NCBI GenBank assembly: GCA_002269645.1
Contig: NIVC01002041.1
Coordinates: forward strand, 62,001 to 126,000
Direction of reading: 5' to 3'
Length of the DNA stretch: 64,000 nucleotides
Origin: Macrostomum lignano
Taxonomy: Eukaryota
Below are positions 13,601-26,772 of the stretch, piece by piece. Below the pieces are notes generated by a model, which saw only the letters and a list, made by a program, of their open reading frames with translations, was not told where the DNA came from and did no database searches. The translations under genes were made by a program, and so were the position numbers. Positions within the stretch are counted from its first letter, which is position 1. Every line of letters begins with the position of its first letter.

Positions 13601-15266
13601 TGCGGTGCAGTTTTGGTTAAACCCGGCGCAAAACAAGTCGCTTTCTTTATCTGGCTCTGCAGGCGGTTGTTATTGCTGCATGCAGCCCTAACCTGATTTC
13701 TTTGTGTCCTATTAATTGTAACAATATACCTATGCTGTAGATCTATTTTTAGACGGCGGCAATTGTGACAATATACTCGTAGCAGTCATTAAAAGTTATT
13801 TTTTGTAATTCTAGTGAGCTCTGTATTAGCTTTTGTTAGTAAATATTAAGTGTATCATTCCATTCCAATACACCAAGCATACGAATTAGCCAGCGTTCAC
13901 TAATATTCTAAAATATTCACAAATATAGATAATCTGTGATTCCTAATCGGCAATATTCACAATGTATGATTGTTTCCATAATGCTCTGATCGTGAACGAT
14001 TCTAATGGTTTACGATCCTAATGAGTCACTATCTGATTGGTTCAAGGTCCAATGATTCAAAATCTTACTGGTTCACTATCTTAATGGTTCACTATCTTAA
14101 TGGTTCACGATCCTAATGGTTCACTATCTTAATGGTTCACGATCCTAATGGTTGACTATCTTAATGGTTGACTATCTTAATGGTTCACGATCCTAATGGT
14201 TCACTATCTTAATGGTTCACGATCCTAATGGTTCACTATCTTAATGGTTCACGATCCTAATGGTTCACTATCTTAATGGTTGACTATCTTAATGGTTCAC
14301 GATCCTAATGGTTCACGATCTTAATGGTTCACGATCCTAATGGTTGACTATCTTAATGGTTGACTATCTTAATGGTTCACGGTCCTAACGGTTGACTATC
14401 TTAATGGTTCACGGTCCTAATGAGTCACTATCTGATTGGTTCAAGGTCCTAATGATTCAAAATCTTAATGGTTCACGGTCCTAATGATTCAAAATCTTAA
14501 TGGTTGACTATCTTAATGGTTGACTATCTTAATGGTTCACGGTCCTAATGATTCACTATCTTAATGATTCACAGTCCTAATGGTTGACTATCTTAATGGT
14601 TCACGATCCTAATGAGTCACTATCTGAATGGTTCACGGTCCTAATGATTCACGATCTAAATGGTTCACGGTCCTAATGGTTCACTATCTTAATGGTTCAC
14701 GGTCCTAATGGTTCACGGTCCTAATGGCTCACGATCCCAATGGCTCACGATCCTAACGAATCACGATATTTAGGATCCAAAAGCAGCACTATATTCGCAA
14801 AGACCCTCACCCATCCTTCGTGCTCGCTAATCCACTGTCCGAGCCGGTCGCGCAGATAAGCGGCCGACCAGTCGATGACATCGTCAACGCTGACAGATAC
14901 CGTCGAGCCGGCCGATTGGCACTTTCTAACAAACAGGCCGATAAAGATAAACACGGTCACCACCCGACCCCAGTTGCAGCCGTCTAGAAAAACCGTGTCC
15001 AGCACTTCGATAAAACTGGACCGAGGATTGTCCCGGCCGACGTTCCAGCTGGCGGCCAGCTCGCCCAGCTGCGACTTGAACTTGGCCTCGTATTCGTCGG
15101 TTAGAGCTAGCAGCGCTTTCAGCACTTCGTCTGTAAGCGGATCGCGAGACAGATTGTGCAGACGCCTGGACTCCGAGGCGGGGTACAGGTTGGCGCGGAC
15201 TAGATACTCTTGGACTAGAATCTCCTCCCGACTGTTGCCGCTATGCGAACTGATCGGTTGCGACAT
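10648..15266 (-). CDS. Bcl-2 family protein with a C-terminal membrane anchor, ~199 aa. Exons 15266-14811 and 10791-10648
   Basis: Exon 1 has a BH4-like REEILVQEYL, a BH3-like LLALTDEYE, BH1 NWGRVVTVF and BH2 WISEHEGW, followed by a GT donor at the intron position typical of Bcl-2 genes. Exon 2 follows ttctgcAG in phase 0 and reads LGLVHFYRDGDPAGQLATEGRMFKRLLTVAGASLALLSLGSLLTNRA*, a hydrophobic tail anchor. Confidence 0.88.
10895..11622. repeat. 25-bp satellite (GACTAAGCAGTGGCGCCATCTTGGA)n, block 1, in the Bcl-2 intron
   Basis: About 28 tandem copies. Confidence 0.95.
12272..13025. repeat. Same satellite family, block 2, with 25-bp and 24-bp variants
   Basis: About 30 copies. Alternating dimers occur near 12290-12510; the CATTCTGAG variant follows. 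Confidence 0.95.
14000..14765. repeat. 16-bp satellite (AATGGTTCACTATCTT / AATGGTTCACGATCCT)n next to the Bcl-2 donor site
   Basis: More than 40 tandem units of two alternating subtypes. Confidence 0.95.
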
Positions 15267-15344
15267 TGCTCCGGTTGTTTGTGCAACTGTGGCGCCGCCT
15301 GCGCAGCTGGAATACAGGCAATTGCAATTATTATTTTATTGTAG

Positions 15345-15722
15345 ACGAGAGGGGCGCCATAAAATACACGAGGAATGCCATAATATACATTAGAGGGGCG
15401 CCATAAAATACACGAGGAATGCCATAATATACATTAGAGGGGCGCCATAATATAGACGAGGGGCGCCATAAAATACCCGAGGGGCGCCATTATATACACT
15501 AGAGGGGCGCCAAAACATACACGAGAGGGGCGCCATAATATAAACGAAAGGGGCGCCATAATGTAGACCAGAGGGGCGCCATAATATACACTAGAGGGGC
15601 GCCATAACATGCACGAGAGGGGTGCCATAATATACACTAGAGGGGCGCCATAATATAAACGAAAGGGGCGCCATAATGTAGACCAGAGGGGCGCCATAAT
15701 ATACACGAGAAGGGCGCCATAC
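15345..15722. repeat. ~24-25-bp satellite (GAGGGGCGCCATAATATACAC..)n upstream of the Bcl-2 start
   Basis: About 15 tandem copies with a GGGGCGCCAT core. Confidence 0.92.
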
Positions 15723-16984
15723 TGAGCAAACTGAAGAGCGATGAGGACCTCTTTGATGACGACATGAGCTTATAGTATGAAGTTAGCCAGGCAACTTATA
15801 GTTGTATGCTTGTAATTTCTGGCACTCGTGTCTTTCTCTGATTTGGATTTAATCACTTTGTCCGTTTACAGTATTATACTTATACTTAAATATTGATTAC
15901 TTGGGACTGCCACTGCAAGCCACAAACTGGGGGCGCTTAAATCCGCCTCTTCGAAAAATCTAAGAAAAGACTAAGGCTACAAATCCTAAGCCACAGGTAC
16001 TGAGGGTAATAATCAGCTCATACCAGTCAAATGAAATTTAAACTTACAGGTAGGACATCCTTACAAGATTCTCCATGGCTAGCGCGAAATGCAAACTTCA
16101 CTTTAAGCCTCGGCAGACTTGGGGCAGCAGCAAAAAGGGAACTTAGCCTGGCCCATTCTGGCCTTGCTAAACAGTTATTTATTAACAGCAGAACTTATGG
16201 GGTTGCGGGCAATGGCAGTTAAGGATTGGAGGTTGGGTGTCGCTCAGCACTATACTGTACTGGCCAATGAGAAGGCTGCAATTAAAGTATAATTTTAGAA
16301 CAAGCCCGCGTGAAATATAAAGAGAATGCGCTATTCCAGGCAGTTGAACTTGCCAAGTTTGGCCTGGATAACACGCGGATATTCCAAGAAATCAACATAG
16401 AAAAATCGGGCACATGACTTCACAACTCGATGAAGCTAAATATAGTTGGCTATGCGCAAAATACTTTCGATTTGTCTACCAACACACATAAGCCTCGAAA
16501 ACAAGTATAAAGAGCATGGTTGGGCTTTGGCTAGGATTAGAGCGGCCACATTCATTCGGAGTTTGTGCACAAAAATTGGTTGGGGTTGTCCTGCGATTCA
16601 CACCCGTGGGGCCAACCCCCACAAAGCGCAGTCCATTTAAGACAGACTCCACCGAAGTATTGAGCTCTGCAATTAACCTGGATATCTGCACTTAGACTCC
16701 ATAGTATGATACCCCTTATGTGAATGTGGCTATTCAATGATTGTTAAGTACTATCTTCTGCACAATATCGTGGACTATGGTATTTGTTATATTGCCAGGT
16801 TGTTTCTGAGCCACACTGGCACTGACAGCATTGGTGGCTGGCATTGGTCCTGCACACAGATACTAGATGGGCCACTCAGCACATTTGCATGTAATGCGTG
16901 TAAACTACTTTCAGTTCAGTAGTAAGTTAAACCAGAAGCATTTTAGTTTATTTTTAAATCCAAGGCTCATTTATTGGCTCTTAG

Positions 16985-17180
16985 GCATACCCCCAACCCC
17001 AGCTTAAACCCTCCAACCGCGCCTTTCCACACTGCTCCCCCACCCCAATATTTATTGCCTTGGAATTCCAGCCTAAAGCTGCCATGTACATTTCAGTGGA
17101 CTGGCAAATGTACATTATTGCTGAACCAATTAGTAAGTTGTTATTATGCCTGCAAACTTGGGCTTCTAAAGGCCTGTCAA
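16985..17180. repeat. Dispersed ~200-bp repeat, copy B (see 8705-8925)
   Basis: Direct sequence similarity to copy A. Confidence 0.75.
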
Positions 17181-17820
17181 CTTGAGCTCGTGAAGTGGAG
17201 CCCCAAGTAATCTATGTACACAAACACAAAAGATATATCATTCTGCTTTTAATGACACCAGAAAGCTGGATTTGGAAAAAAGTGACAAAAATTGGACCTA
17301 GGATAATCCATAAAATATAATGAAATAGGCTTACTATAACACAAATTTAGGCAGATGACCTAGGCCCATGGATGCCACTAAATTAGTCAACTCTATTAAC
17401 AAATTGGCTTACTTTATTATGCATTGTTAACAAATTCAGTTACTTGACTATATGCTATTAACTATTACTAATTTATGGTGAAAATTGAAAGACAAAACCT
17501 ATTTCCTATTTACTTTGTTAATCTTCTCTTGAAGTATACTAGAGCATAATAGAATACTAGGCTTAGACTATTTGATATTAGAGATTTTGGTATTAGACAC
17601 TGGTGGCTTTTTGTATTATTTATAGGGAATATACAATCTTCAGATTAGGCCCAAATCCTAGGATTCTGAATCATAGGATTTTTATTATGCCTAAATCCCA
17701 AGATTTTGATTATGTCTAAATCCTAGGATTCTAAATCCTAGGATCACACTTGTCTAAGATTTTAAAATCTTGGGATTGACCATTGGGATCCTAGTCCTAC
17801 TTCACAATAATTCAATCATT

Positions 17821-18186
17821 TATTTATTTTTTTATTAGAGGTAGGGGGTTGTGTGCACTCTGGCGCACTTTAAGCGACATAGGCACACAACCGGCGAGAG
17901 GCATTATTGTCCATTCCGCCGACTCCCCTGAGCAGGCATACAAGCGCGTGGATACATACGCAGGCACACACTCACTCAAGAGTGTACAGTGGCCCTACTT
18001 TATATTATCATTAGGCATGTACACTTCACTGCGCCTTGGGGGGTTGGCTCTCAAGGCCATTAATTGCACAAGCAGAGCCAAGCCGAGATTCCAATTCAGC
18101 CCCAAATTAATGTGACTGCACTTGGAATCGAGCCTTGGTCGCTGGCATGCCAGAGCCTGTGCTAGACTGCTGGGCTATGGGCCCCT
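17821..18186 (-). mobile_element. tRNA-derived SINE, copy 2
   Basis: Highly similar to 433-799. The B box GGCTCGATTCC is retained. It has a (TAAA)n/A tail, and TSD TTCAATCATT lies at 17811-17820 and 18187-18196. Confidence 0.8.
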
Positions 18187-18514
18187 TTCAATCATTCATT
18201 CTAAAGTAGTAGTATCTATAGCTAAGCTACTTGTTAGGTGAAAATTACAACCCAGTTGTCTTGCTTTGATTTATTAATCTTTTAAGCATGTAGGCTAGTG
18301 AGAAAGCTAAGGGTGCAAGCATATACAAAACTGAAGCTGTTAGCATTAGCAGATCATAAGGAGATTTTAAGTGTAATATAGCTATTTGCATATGGTACTT
18401 GCAGACTAATGTAATTGTTATTATAAAACCTATGCCCAAAGCCTAAAGCAATAGAAGCCAATCCCTTATTGCTTCCAATCAAAGCACTAGCAATTTATAT
18501 TTATATGGACAATG

Positions 18515-19850
18515 ATCAAATTATATACAAAATGACCAAAAAGCAACTTACCTGTGAAAAAACCATATTGCCATTACAAAATTAATGCAATTTTGGATAA
18601 ATGGAAAAAGCAGCTATGACTATCTTATTAAGGCTAAATGCCTTATTATATAATTAGTAGGCCTACTATATCTTATATTTTTGGGTAGGCATTTTTATGA
18701 CTTAGTTGCTCTTATTGCAACTTATATAATCATTTTGTGACTTAGTTTGTTCCTTTTGCAATTTACCTAATCCTTTTTGCAATTTATCTAATCATTTGTA
18801 CGACTTGATTTGCTACTAATGCAACTAGTTTTTCTTTTGCTTCACCATTATTTTTTATACTGCTTTTTTCTCTTTCTTGTTTCTTTTGCTTTCTTTTTTC
18901 TTTTCTTGATCTTGGCTTTTTTCATTTTTGGTTAATTCAATTTTGTAATTCTTAATCCCTAGTTTATAACAATTTATAATAGCCAAGTTGGCTAGGTTGG
19001 CCAATAGTTGTAAATGTATATGCTTGTTAAACATAATAGAATATCTACTAAGTATATACTATAGATATTATACTACAATTTTTAGTATATTTAACATAGT
19101 TTATAGTTATCAAACATACAAGGAAATGTTTAGGTAATTATAAACCAAATGTGATATATATTATATAAGCTAAAGCTACTACTACACCATTTTACCCTCA
19201 ATTTTGAACAAGGAGAACTTTAAAACCAATAAACTCCTCTTCAATATTGACACTCTATGGTCAGGCACTCAAAATCTACTGCTACAATCAATATTGACAG
19301 ATCAAGCTTCAACTTTTGCCAACTCTGGTTCAATTTTAATAATGCACATTTAGTCAACTTGTCCTTGCAGAATTTGGTAACAAAGTAATCCAATGAAAAC
19401 CTATATGGGACTGAAGTTATCTGTGCAAAATCAGCTCATTCTGACCTTGCTTACGGGATAGATCTACAAGTATTGATAAAAAAATTTTCTCTATCTTTTT
19501 ACACATCTTTTTACAGGAGACTAAAATAGCCTAACTGGTTAGGCTGCAAAGTCTGATTATATTTTTAGAGTTGCTTCGAAACTGACACTTTATGGTTTGT
19601 GTACCCCAAAAGTAAAGTCCACTTCATTTTTGACAACTCCTAACTAATATAGAACTCTTAACTCCTAATCATAAAAATGCCTACTCAAAACTATAAGATA
19701 TAGGCCTAGTACTAATTATATAATAAAGCATTTAGCCTTAATAAGATAGTCATAGTTGCTCTTTACATTTATCCAAAATTGCATTAATTTTGTTTAATGG
19801 TTTCTTTCACAGGTAAGTTGCTTTTTGGTAATTTTTTATAATTTGTAGCA
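18515..19850. mobile_element. Decayed DNA transposon with ~200-bp inverted arms (~18515-18710 and ~19655-19850) and a possible transposase C-terminal remnant on the minus strand
   Basis: AAGCAACTTACCTGTGAAA...AATTAATGCAATTTTGGATAAATG...CTATGACTATCTTATTAAGGCTAAATGC occurs in both orientations. The interior has stop-riddled text such as NIEEEFIGFKVLLVQN, weakly like the hAT C-terminal 'SVERGFSVNKELLVEN', plus a K/E-rich tail. Confidence 0.55.
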
Positions 19851-21008
19851 ATAAAGTACATTAGTTTAGTTTTTTATTTTTCTATGCATACAGCTACATA
19901 AGTATAAGAAATTTCAATGATAGGCATTTGCCGAAGCCTTGGCCAAACTGGTCCATGACCGAATTGACTTGGGGCAAAACAGTCTGGGACTCTGGGGCAA
20001 AACATCCATAGGCATGGCCAAAACCAAAATGACTGGTGTGGATATGGCCTGGCCTACCAAAGATACTGAGGATGAGGTACAAGTAGTACAAGGTACTGAG
20101 GTTGAGGTATGATGTCATTGGACAGAATGCATTCAAAATGTGCAATCGCTCGAAATTTCTCAGCTATTGGGCTAGCATTCTTGTTGTCTCGAACTGACTG
20201 AGACTGTATGCCAGGTCTCAGGGTAGGCCAGGGGCCAGGGCCAGGGTAACAACAAATATATATTAATGTCGATTAAACAAAGTAAGTAGTAGTAAGTAGT
20301 AAGTTTGGCTCAGGTAAATAACCTGTTTTGCCAATATGATTCGATGTATTTAATATTTGTTCAAAAGGTTGATTATTTTTACATGATCGATGAATACGAT
20401 TTAAGCGATATTTGTATAAGTAAGGTATTTGAAAGAGCGTCTGGAATTTTTTTACTTTTTTAGTAGCTTTATAGGACAAGATTTTAGGTAGGGAATAAAT
20501 AAAAGAATAAATAAAAAACAGATACCGTATGCCTAGCCTTGTCACCACATCTTGATGCAAAACAAATAAGTAGTAGTAGTAGTAGTAGTAAGTTGGCTCA
20601 GGCAAGAAGCCTGTTTGGCCAATATATTTCTATGTATTTAAGATTGCTTCAGGAATAGGAGACAATATTTTAGCACTAGTTATTTAATTATGATTAGTAC
20701 GAGTTTTGCAAAATGGTATTTGAAAGAACGCGGAAAAGTTATTAACGATACTTGGACGACTAACGAAGCGAAAGAAAAAGCAAGGAGTTAAAAAAAGTAT
20801 TGCAGTTAATAAAAGTAAAAACGAAAGAAAAATGAACAAAAACGAACTTCGAAGGGACTTTACGTTAAGCGAATGACGACGATTTAAATAGGTATTAGAT
20901 AGGAAACTAATTAAATACTAATTAAGTGCTAATTAAGTAGGAAATTAAAAATGGGAAAGGCGGATTTATTTCACTGCTGATATGTCTGTTTCAGTTTGCA
21001 TAACTGTT

Positions 21009-21521
21009 TTAGCTATTCATGACTTCATATATTTTAGCTACACCAGTGAGCTCTTTTCTGACTCTTTTTTCATTTGTAGCATATCCTAACTTGTGTACTT
21101 GCTTGTCATTTAGGAGGTACTGACAGAAGTATTTTTTTCTGAACTTTTCGGTTTGTGGACATTCGGTCAAGTAGTGTAGGATATCGGAACCATTTCTCGC
21201 TCCACACAGTCTACATGGTTCATGAGAGAAAATGTTGGGTGTAATTTCGCATTTTAGTTTTAGGAGGGTTGTTAGGAATTTTTTGTTTCTAAAAGTGCAT
21301 GGAAAGTAATCTGAAAGGTCAGGCCTGCAGATTTTTTTGTAGAGATAGGCGTTTTTATAGAGTTTAATATGTTGCTGATTCTCTAGCTTTTGGCTAAGTT
21401 CTCTTTCTCTGTGTATCTTGAGGTGCTTTTTCACTAGGTATTTCTCGTTATTAAAGCTTTGGGAAAGTTTATCTTCATGAACGATTCTTCTGCAAAACGA
21501 TTCTTCTAAAATGCGATTCAA
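21009..21521 (-). pseudogene. 3' end of a non-LTR retrotransposon ORF2 (C-terminal CCHC zinc finger)
   Basis: CRLCGARNGSDILHYLTECP is the CxxC-x8-H-x4-C motif typical of LINE ORF2 C-termini. Confidence 0.65.
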
Positions 21522-22297
21522 AAAAGGTAGTTAAATAGAATTACAATCACTTCGGCGACAAGTCACTTCGGCGACAGTCACTTCGGCGACAAGTCACTTC
21601 GGCGACAGTCATTTCGGCGACACATTTGGATCACTTCGGCGACAATTAGCTAAATACTGTAGGTTCTCTGTTTAGAGCGCATTTATAATAACACGTATTT
21701 TTTGCCAATGAAACTTCACGATTAAAAAGTGTGATTTATCCGGATTTATTAAAAAGGCAACACAAATTTTCAGTATTTCGTTATGAACGATAATTAAATT
21801 AATAGATTGATATCACGTTTTCTTTGATTGATATTCGCCCATTACGATAAAGTACAAAATGAATTGACTTGCATTATATAGTACTGTAAGTATTGTGATA
21901 AATTTATTTGGCATACACAAGTACATGTACAGGCACATACACTCTGTCACTCCGTTGCAGAAATTAGAAAGAGAAAGAGAATAATAAACATGCATTAAAA
22001 GTAAGATGTTACATGTAGCAAGCAACTAGAAGTCTTAGCATTACAGAAGTTAAGCATATGCAGATGCACCAGTGTACAGAAGACAGGAGAGATGGTGGAG
22101 AGAAAGAGAGGAGAGAGTGGAGAGAGAAGAGGAGGCAAGAGGCAAAAGTATGGTAATAAAGGTAAGGTATTATGTAAGTTAATAGCATTGTGAACTGATC
22201 CATTGTGTGAAGAATCTCCTCACGAGCGACCTGATTTGCCGAGACAAACAGGTTAGCGGCAGCACGGCCGATTACTTGTTGTCGAAGCCGAGCTCTT

Positions 22298-22606
22298 TCA
22301 GCTGGAGAGAATGCTCAGGAGGGTGACAATGCTGAATCGGTCCTTGGAGAAAGCCTCGTCTCGCTGAACTACTGTCGCACGACAGTGAGTATGCGAGTTG
22401 CGTTTGGCGCATCTCCAGTACGTATTGCTGCCACGTCGACGGCTGACGACAAATGTGTAGCCACCATCGACAACAAGCATGTCCTTCTGGTTAGTGAAAC
22501 CAGAATCGACCATCTCGAACTCAGGGCAGTTGTCGTCCACGGCCATTCGAGGAGCTGGATCACTCATGTTGATCGACTCTGTGTCCTCACCACCTTGAAA
22601 ACTCAT
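22298..22606 (-). pseudogene. FLYWCH zinc-finger fragment inside the MULE-like element
   Basis: MLVVDGGYTF...TYWRC.KR.....CRATV matches the FLYWCH pattern. No MULE DDE domain follows within the element. Confidence 0.7.
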
Positions 22607-22744
22607 GACACAAACGACGATATTCAGCGGCAGACACTCCTAAAAATATAATACGGATCATATACATGTATTAAGAGTTGCAGAGTGTGGGACAGTGTGA
22701 CAGTGAGAAACTAGCTAAATATCAATAAAAATGATAATCGTCCT

Positions 22745-23541
<797 letters not shown>

Positions 23542-23551
23542 CGTACTTCGC

Positions 23552-23680
23552 TCACCTGTGTTACACGTACTTCCGATGATACCAATGGTCGCACGCGTCG
23601 CATTGCAGAGCATGATGTCGAACGGAGACAAGCTCAAAACAAACGGGGCATGCAGTTAAAGGTGTCGCTTTGCATTGTCG
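23552..23680 (-). pseudogene. PHD-finger exon fragment of the MULE-like element (frameshifted)
   Basis: ACPVCFELVSVRHHALQCDACDHWYHRK then, after a frameshift, CNT(G) and a GTGAG donor. Confidence 0.6.
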
Positions 23681-24199
23681 AATTAAGATACAAATTATAG
23701 TATTGATCCTCTTCAGATGATGTGTTGGTAAAAGTTGGTAAATCGCAGCGCAGTTAAAGTTACATGTACATGTAGGCAGCTCGTACATGTATTTATAAAT
23801 GTATTCAGAGAAGGACGGCCTTGACTACTAATACCCAGCTTTGCGAGTTAACCTGTACAACTAATGCATTGTCGTGTCAAATCAATTACAGGTGTAAATC
23901 TCAAGCAGTGGGAGATCGAATATGAAACACTAAACACAGGCCAGTACATACCGCAGTATGTATTGTGTTGTGAGCACAACATGCTCGAGGTGTGGAAAAG
24001 TAGAGCGAGGTGATAAAACGTGGGTAGGCTGAACTATATGCATTGCATTTTAAAATGAATGTATGAATCCGAAGAGAAGATGTGCTAAAACGAATATGCA
24101 CATAGAGGCGCATTAGAATACACGCGAGTACAGTACAGTGTATAATGCAAGCGATATTATATATTTAAGCGATATTATTACTAGGATTAGCACTGTGCT

Positions 24200-24335
<136 letters not shown>

Positions 24336-24684
24336 TAGATAGAGATTAAGAGAGAAGAGAGACGGAGAAATGAAAGACGATTTTGTTTGAACTAGAACAT
24401 CTAAACACTGTACATGTACAAGTGTGTAATGTATTCAGTATACCAGTATTTTTTTAGAACGAAATAATTGCAATGCTTTTTATTATAATGCGTAAAAAAC
24501 TTGGTGCTATAAATTTGTTATTCTTGCATTCGTTTTTAATTGCTTTCTTTTTTATTTTAGGCGCTATACCAGGGTATAAACTGCTTATGCAATATATGTC
24601 TGTCGCCAAAGTAATCCAAATGTGTCGCCGAAGTGACTGTCGCCGAAGTGACCTGTCGCCGAAGTGATCGGTGACCGTTAAATA

Positions 24685-25605
24685 ACCTATCAATATAACA
24701 AATAACAAGTAGTACAAAACCATGCTATTTTTTGAATAATTTCGAAATATTACATATTATTAATAAAAGTTAATCGTTAGACTTAAAAAATCTCTATAAA
24801 CTTAAAATGTTTCTTCATATTTATCCAAAACTTTGTGAGTTTTTTTTTAAATATTGAGCTTTGTTAGTTATAGCTATAAATAATTACGTTGTACACCGTT
24901 CAAATGTAAAAACTAATTTTACTAAGGCTTGCAAGTTTCAACCGTGGACAATTCAAGCATAAGAAAGTTACTCTCGATTCTCTTAGTCTTAGAAATGAAC
25001 TAGTCACCGGAACATGTACATGTCGTATTACTAGTGCATTTGGTTTGTCCTGGAAGTTGAATTTTTCAACTTCGAGCACGGAGTTTTATCGACCAAATTC
25101 GCTTAAGATTTTTTAAAGAAAATCGAGTGTAGAGTCTTTCTATTTTAATTGACTGTGTTTTTTGTGTGGCGCTGGCTATTGGATTCCTAAATAAAGCTAA
25201 TTCGTTGGTTGATTGGTTGAAAGAAATACGATTTTGTAACTTTAGTTTTTTAATATTTAGCAGCGCAGCTAGGTAGACTCACAAAATTTTACAGTGGAAT
25301 TAGTGAAGATCGAACGCATTGAACTTTGAGAAGGATAATTTCTTATATCTAAGCAAGATATATTTGAACAGTTCTTTCATGACTTTTTGGGGGCAAAAAG
25401 ATTCAAAATAGAAATCAAATTGCCTTTGAAAACATTCGCTTACGTGTAATACCAATTTATATAATGTTTGATTGAAATGATGAGACAAAATTCCTGCCCT
25501 CATATCCAGAAGAGAACTGCAATTAAACCCATGTAGGCCTTGTGCAGTAGTGTTTTTTGAAAATTTATATTCTCTATAGAAATAAAAATTTCATTATGAA
25601 CACAT
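24685..25605 (-). pseudogene. Highly decayed LINE reverse-transcriptase remnant, probably the upstream part of the 21009-21521 element split by the MULE insertion
   Basis: Weak motifs only: SKNTTAQGLHGF (resembles KAPGPDG) and LLNIKKLK (resembles LNxxKTK). Many stops. Same strand as the CCHC fragment and adjoining the TSD. Confidence 0.35.
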
Positions 25606-25609
25606 AATT

Positions 25610-26772
25610 AGCTCTTCGGCAAGTCATCGAGTAAGCACTGATACGCCAGTCGATCGATTATCTTCATAGATTTCAAGAAGGCATTCGACCCGGTCGTCAG
25701 GTCTGCGCTCCCAAAGGTGCTTCGTGCGTACAACGTGCCAGAGCAGCTGATTTCCGCCATCATGGCGATGTACCGTGATACGAAAGCTGCTGTTTCAACA
25801 CCGCGGACGGCCCATCGGACTTCTTTGAGACATCCTCCGGGGTGCTTCAGGGATATACGCTTGCGCCGTTCCTGTTCGTTCTGGTGCTTGACTGGGTGCT
25901 GCGGACCGCTCTTCCTACCAATGACGACGGCTTTCTGTTGCGGCGACGCGTGGGTCGACGTCAACCGGAGAGGCGGCTCAGCGTGCTTGGCTACGCCGAC
26001 GATCTCGCCCTGCTGTCCTCATGCAACTGTCGAGGGCGTCCAGCGACAACTGGACAAGCTAGTTGCTGTTGCGGCGAGTGTCGGCCTGGTGGTCAACACG
26101 CAGAAGACTATTGTGCTCTGCGAGCCGGACGACACCGAGGCTGCGATTTTGTGCCGAGGCGCTGATGGACAGGCGACAGAGCTTCCGCGTTGTCAGCAGT
26201 TCGTCTACCTCGGCGGTCTGGTTCCCGGCGTCCGCAAGGATTTGCGGCGTCGCCGCGGGCTTTCCTGGGCTGCCTTTCGTTCTGTGAGGGCAGTCCTGCA
26301 GTCCGAGGCCCCACCTGACCGCCAGAGGGCGGCGTTGTGATCGAGACCGTCCTGCTGTACAATGCCGAGACCTGGACGCTGACGGAGTCGCTCGAGCAAC
26401 AAGTTGACGCGGCGCATGCTGGCCTGCTGCGCGCCGCCTTCAAGATCGGCTACGAGCGAGTGACCAACGCGGCTTTGTATCGCCGCGCCGGCCTGGTCCG
26501 TCCAAGCGACCTGTTGCGCCGTCGGCGACTCCAGTTGGCAGGCCACATCATCCGCGCCGAGTCGTACTGCCCAGAGCCGGTGCAGGAGGTGCTGCTGCTA
26601 ACGCTGCAGGCACCCTACCGGTGAGGACAGGCGCGCACTCGGCGTTTCGTCGACTTCCTGCTGGCTGGCGCCGGCTCCCCGGATTCGGCCGGCGGCGTGG
26701 CGTTCATTCGCGACCTGGCCTTGAAGCGCGCCCTGTGACGCTAACTGCTTATTCTGTTGTTGTTGTTGTTGT
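25610..26772 (+). mobile_element. 5'-truncated RTE-like non-LTR retrotransposon with frameshifted RT
   Basis: Across frames: IIFIDFKKAFD, LQGYTLAPFLF, LGYADDLALLS, GLVVNTQKT, FVYLGG, LLYNAETWTLT and RRRRLQLAGHIIR. Ends in a (TTG)n tail at 26752-26772. Confidence 0.88.
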
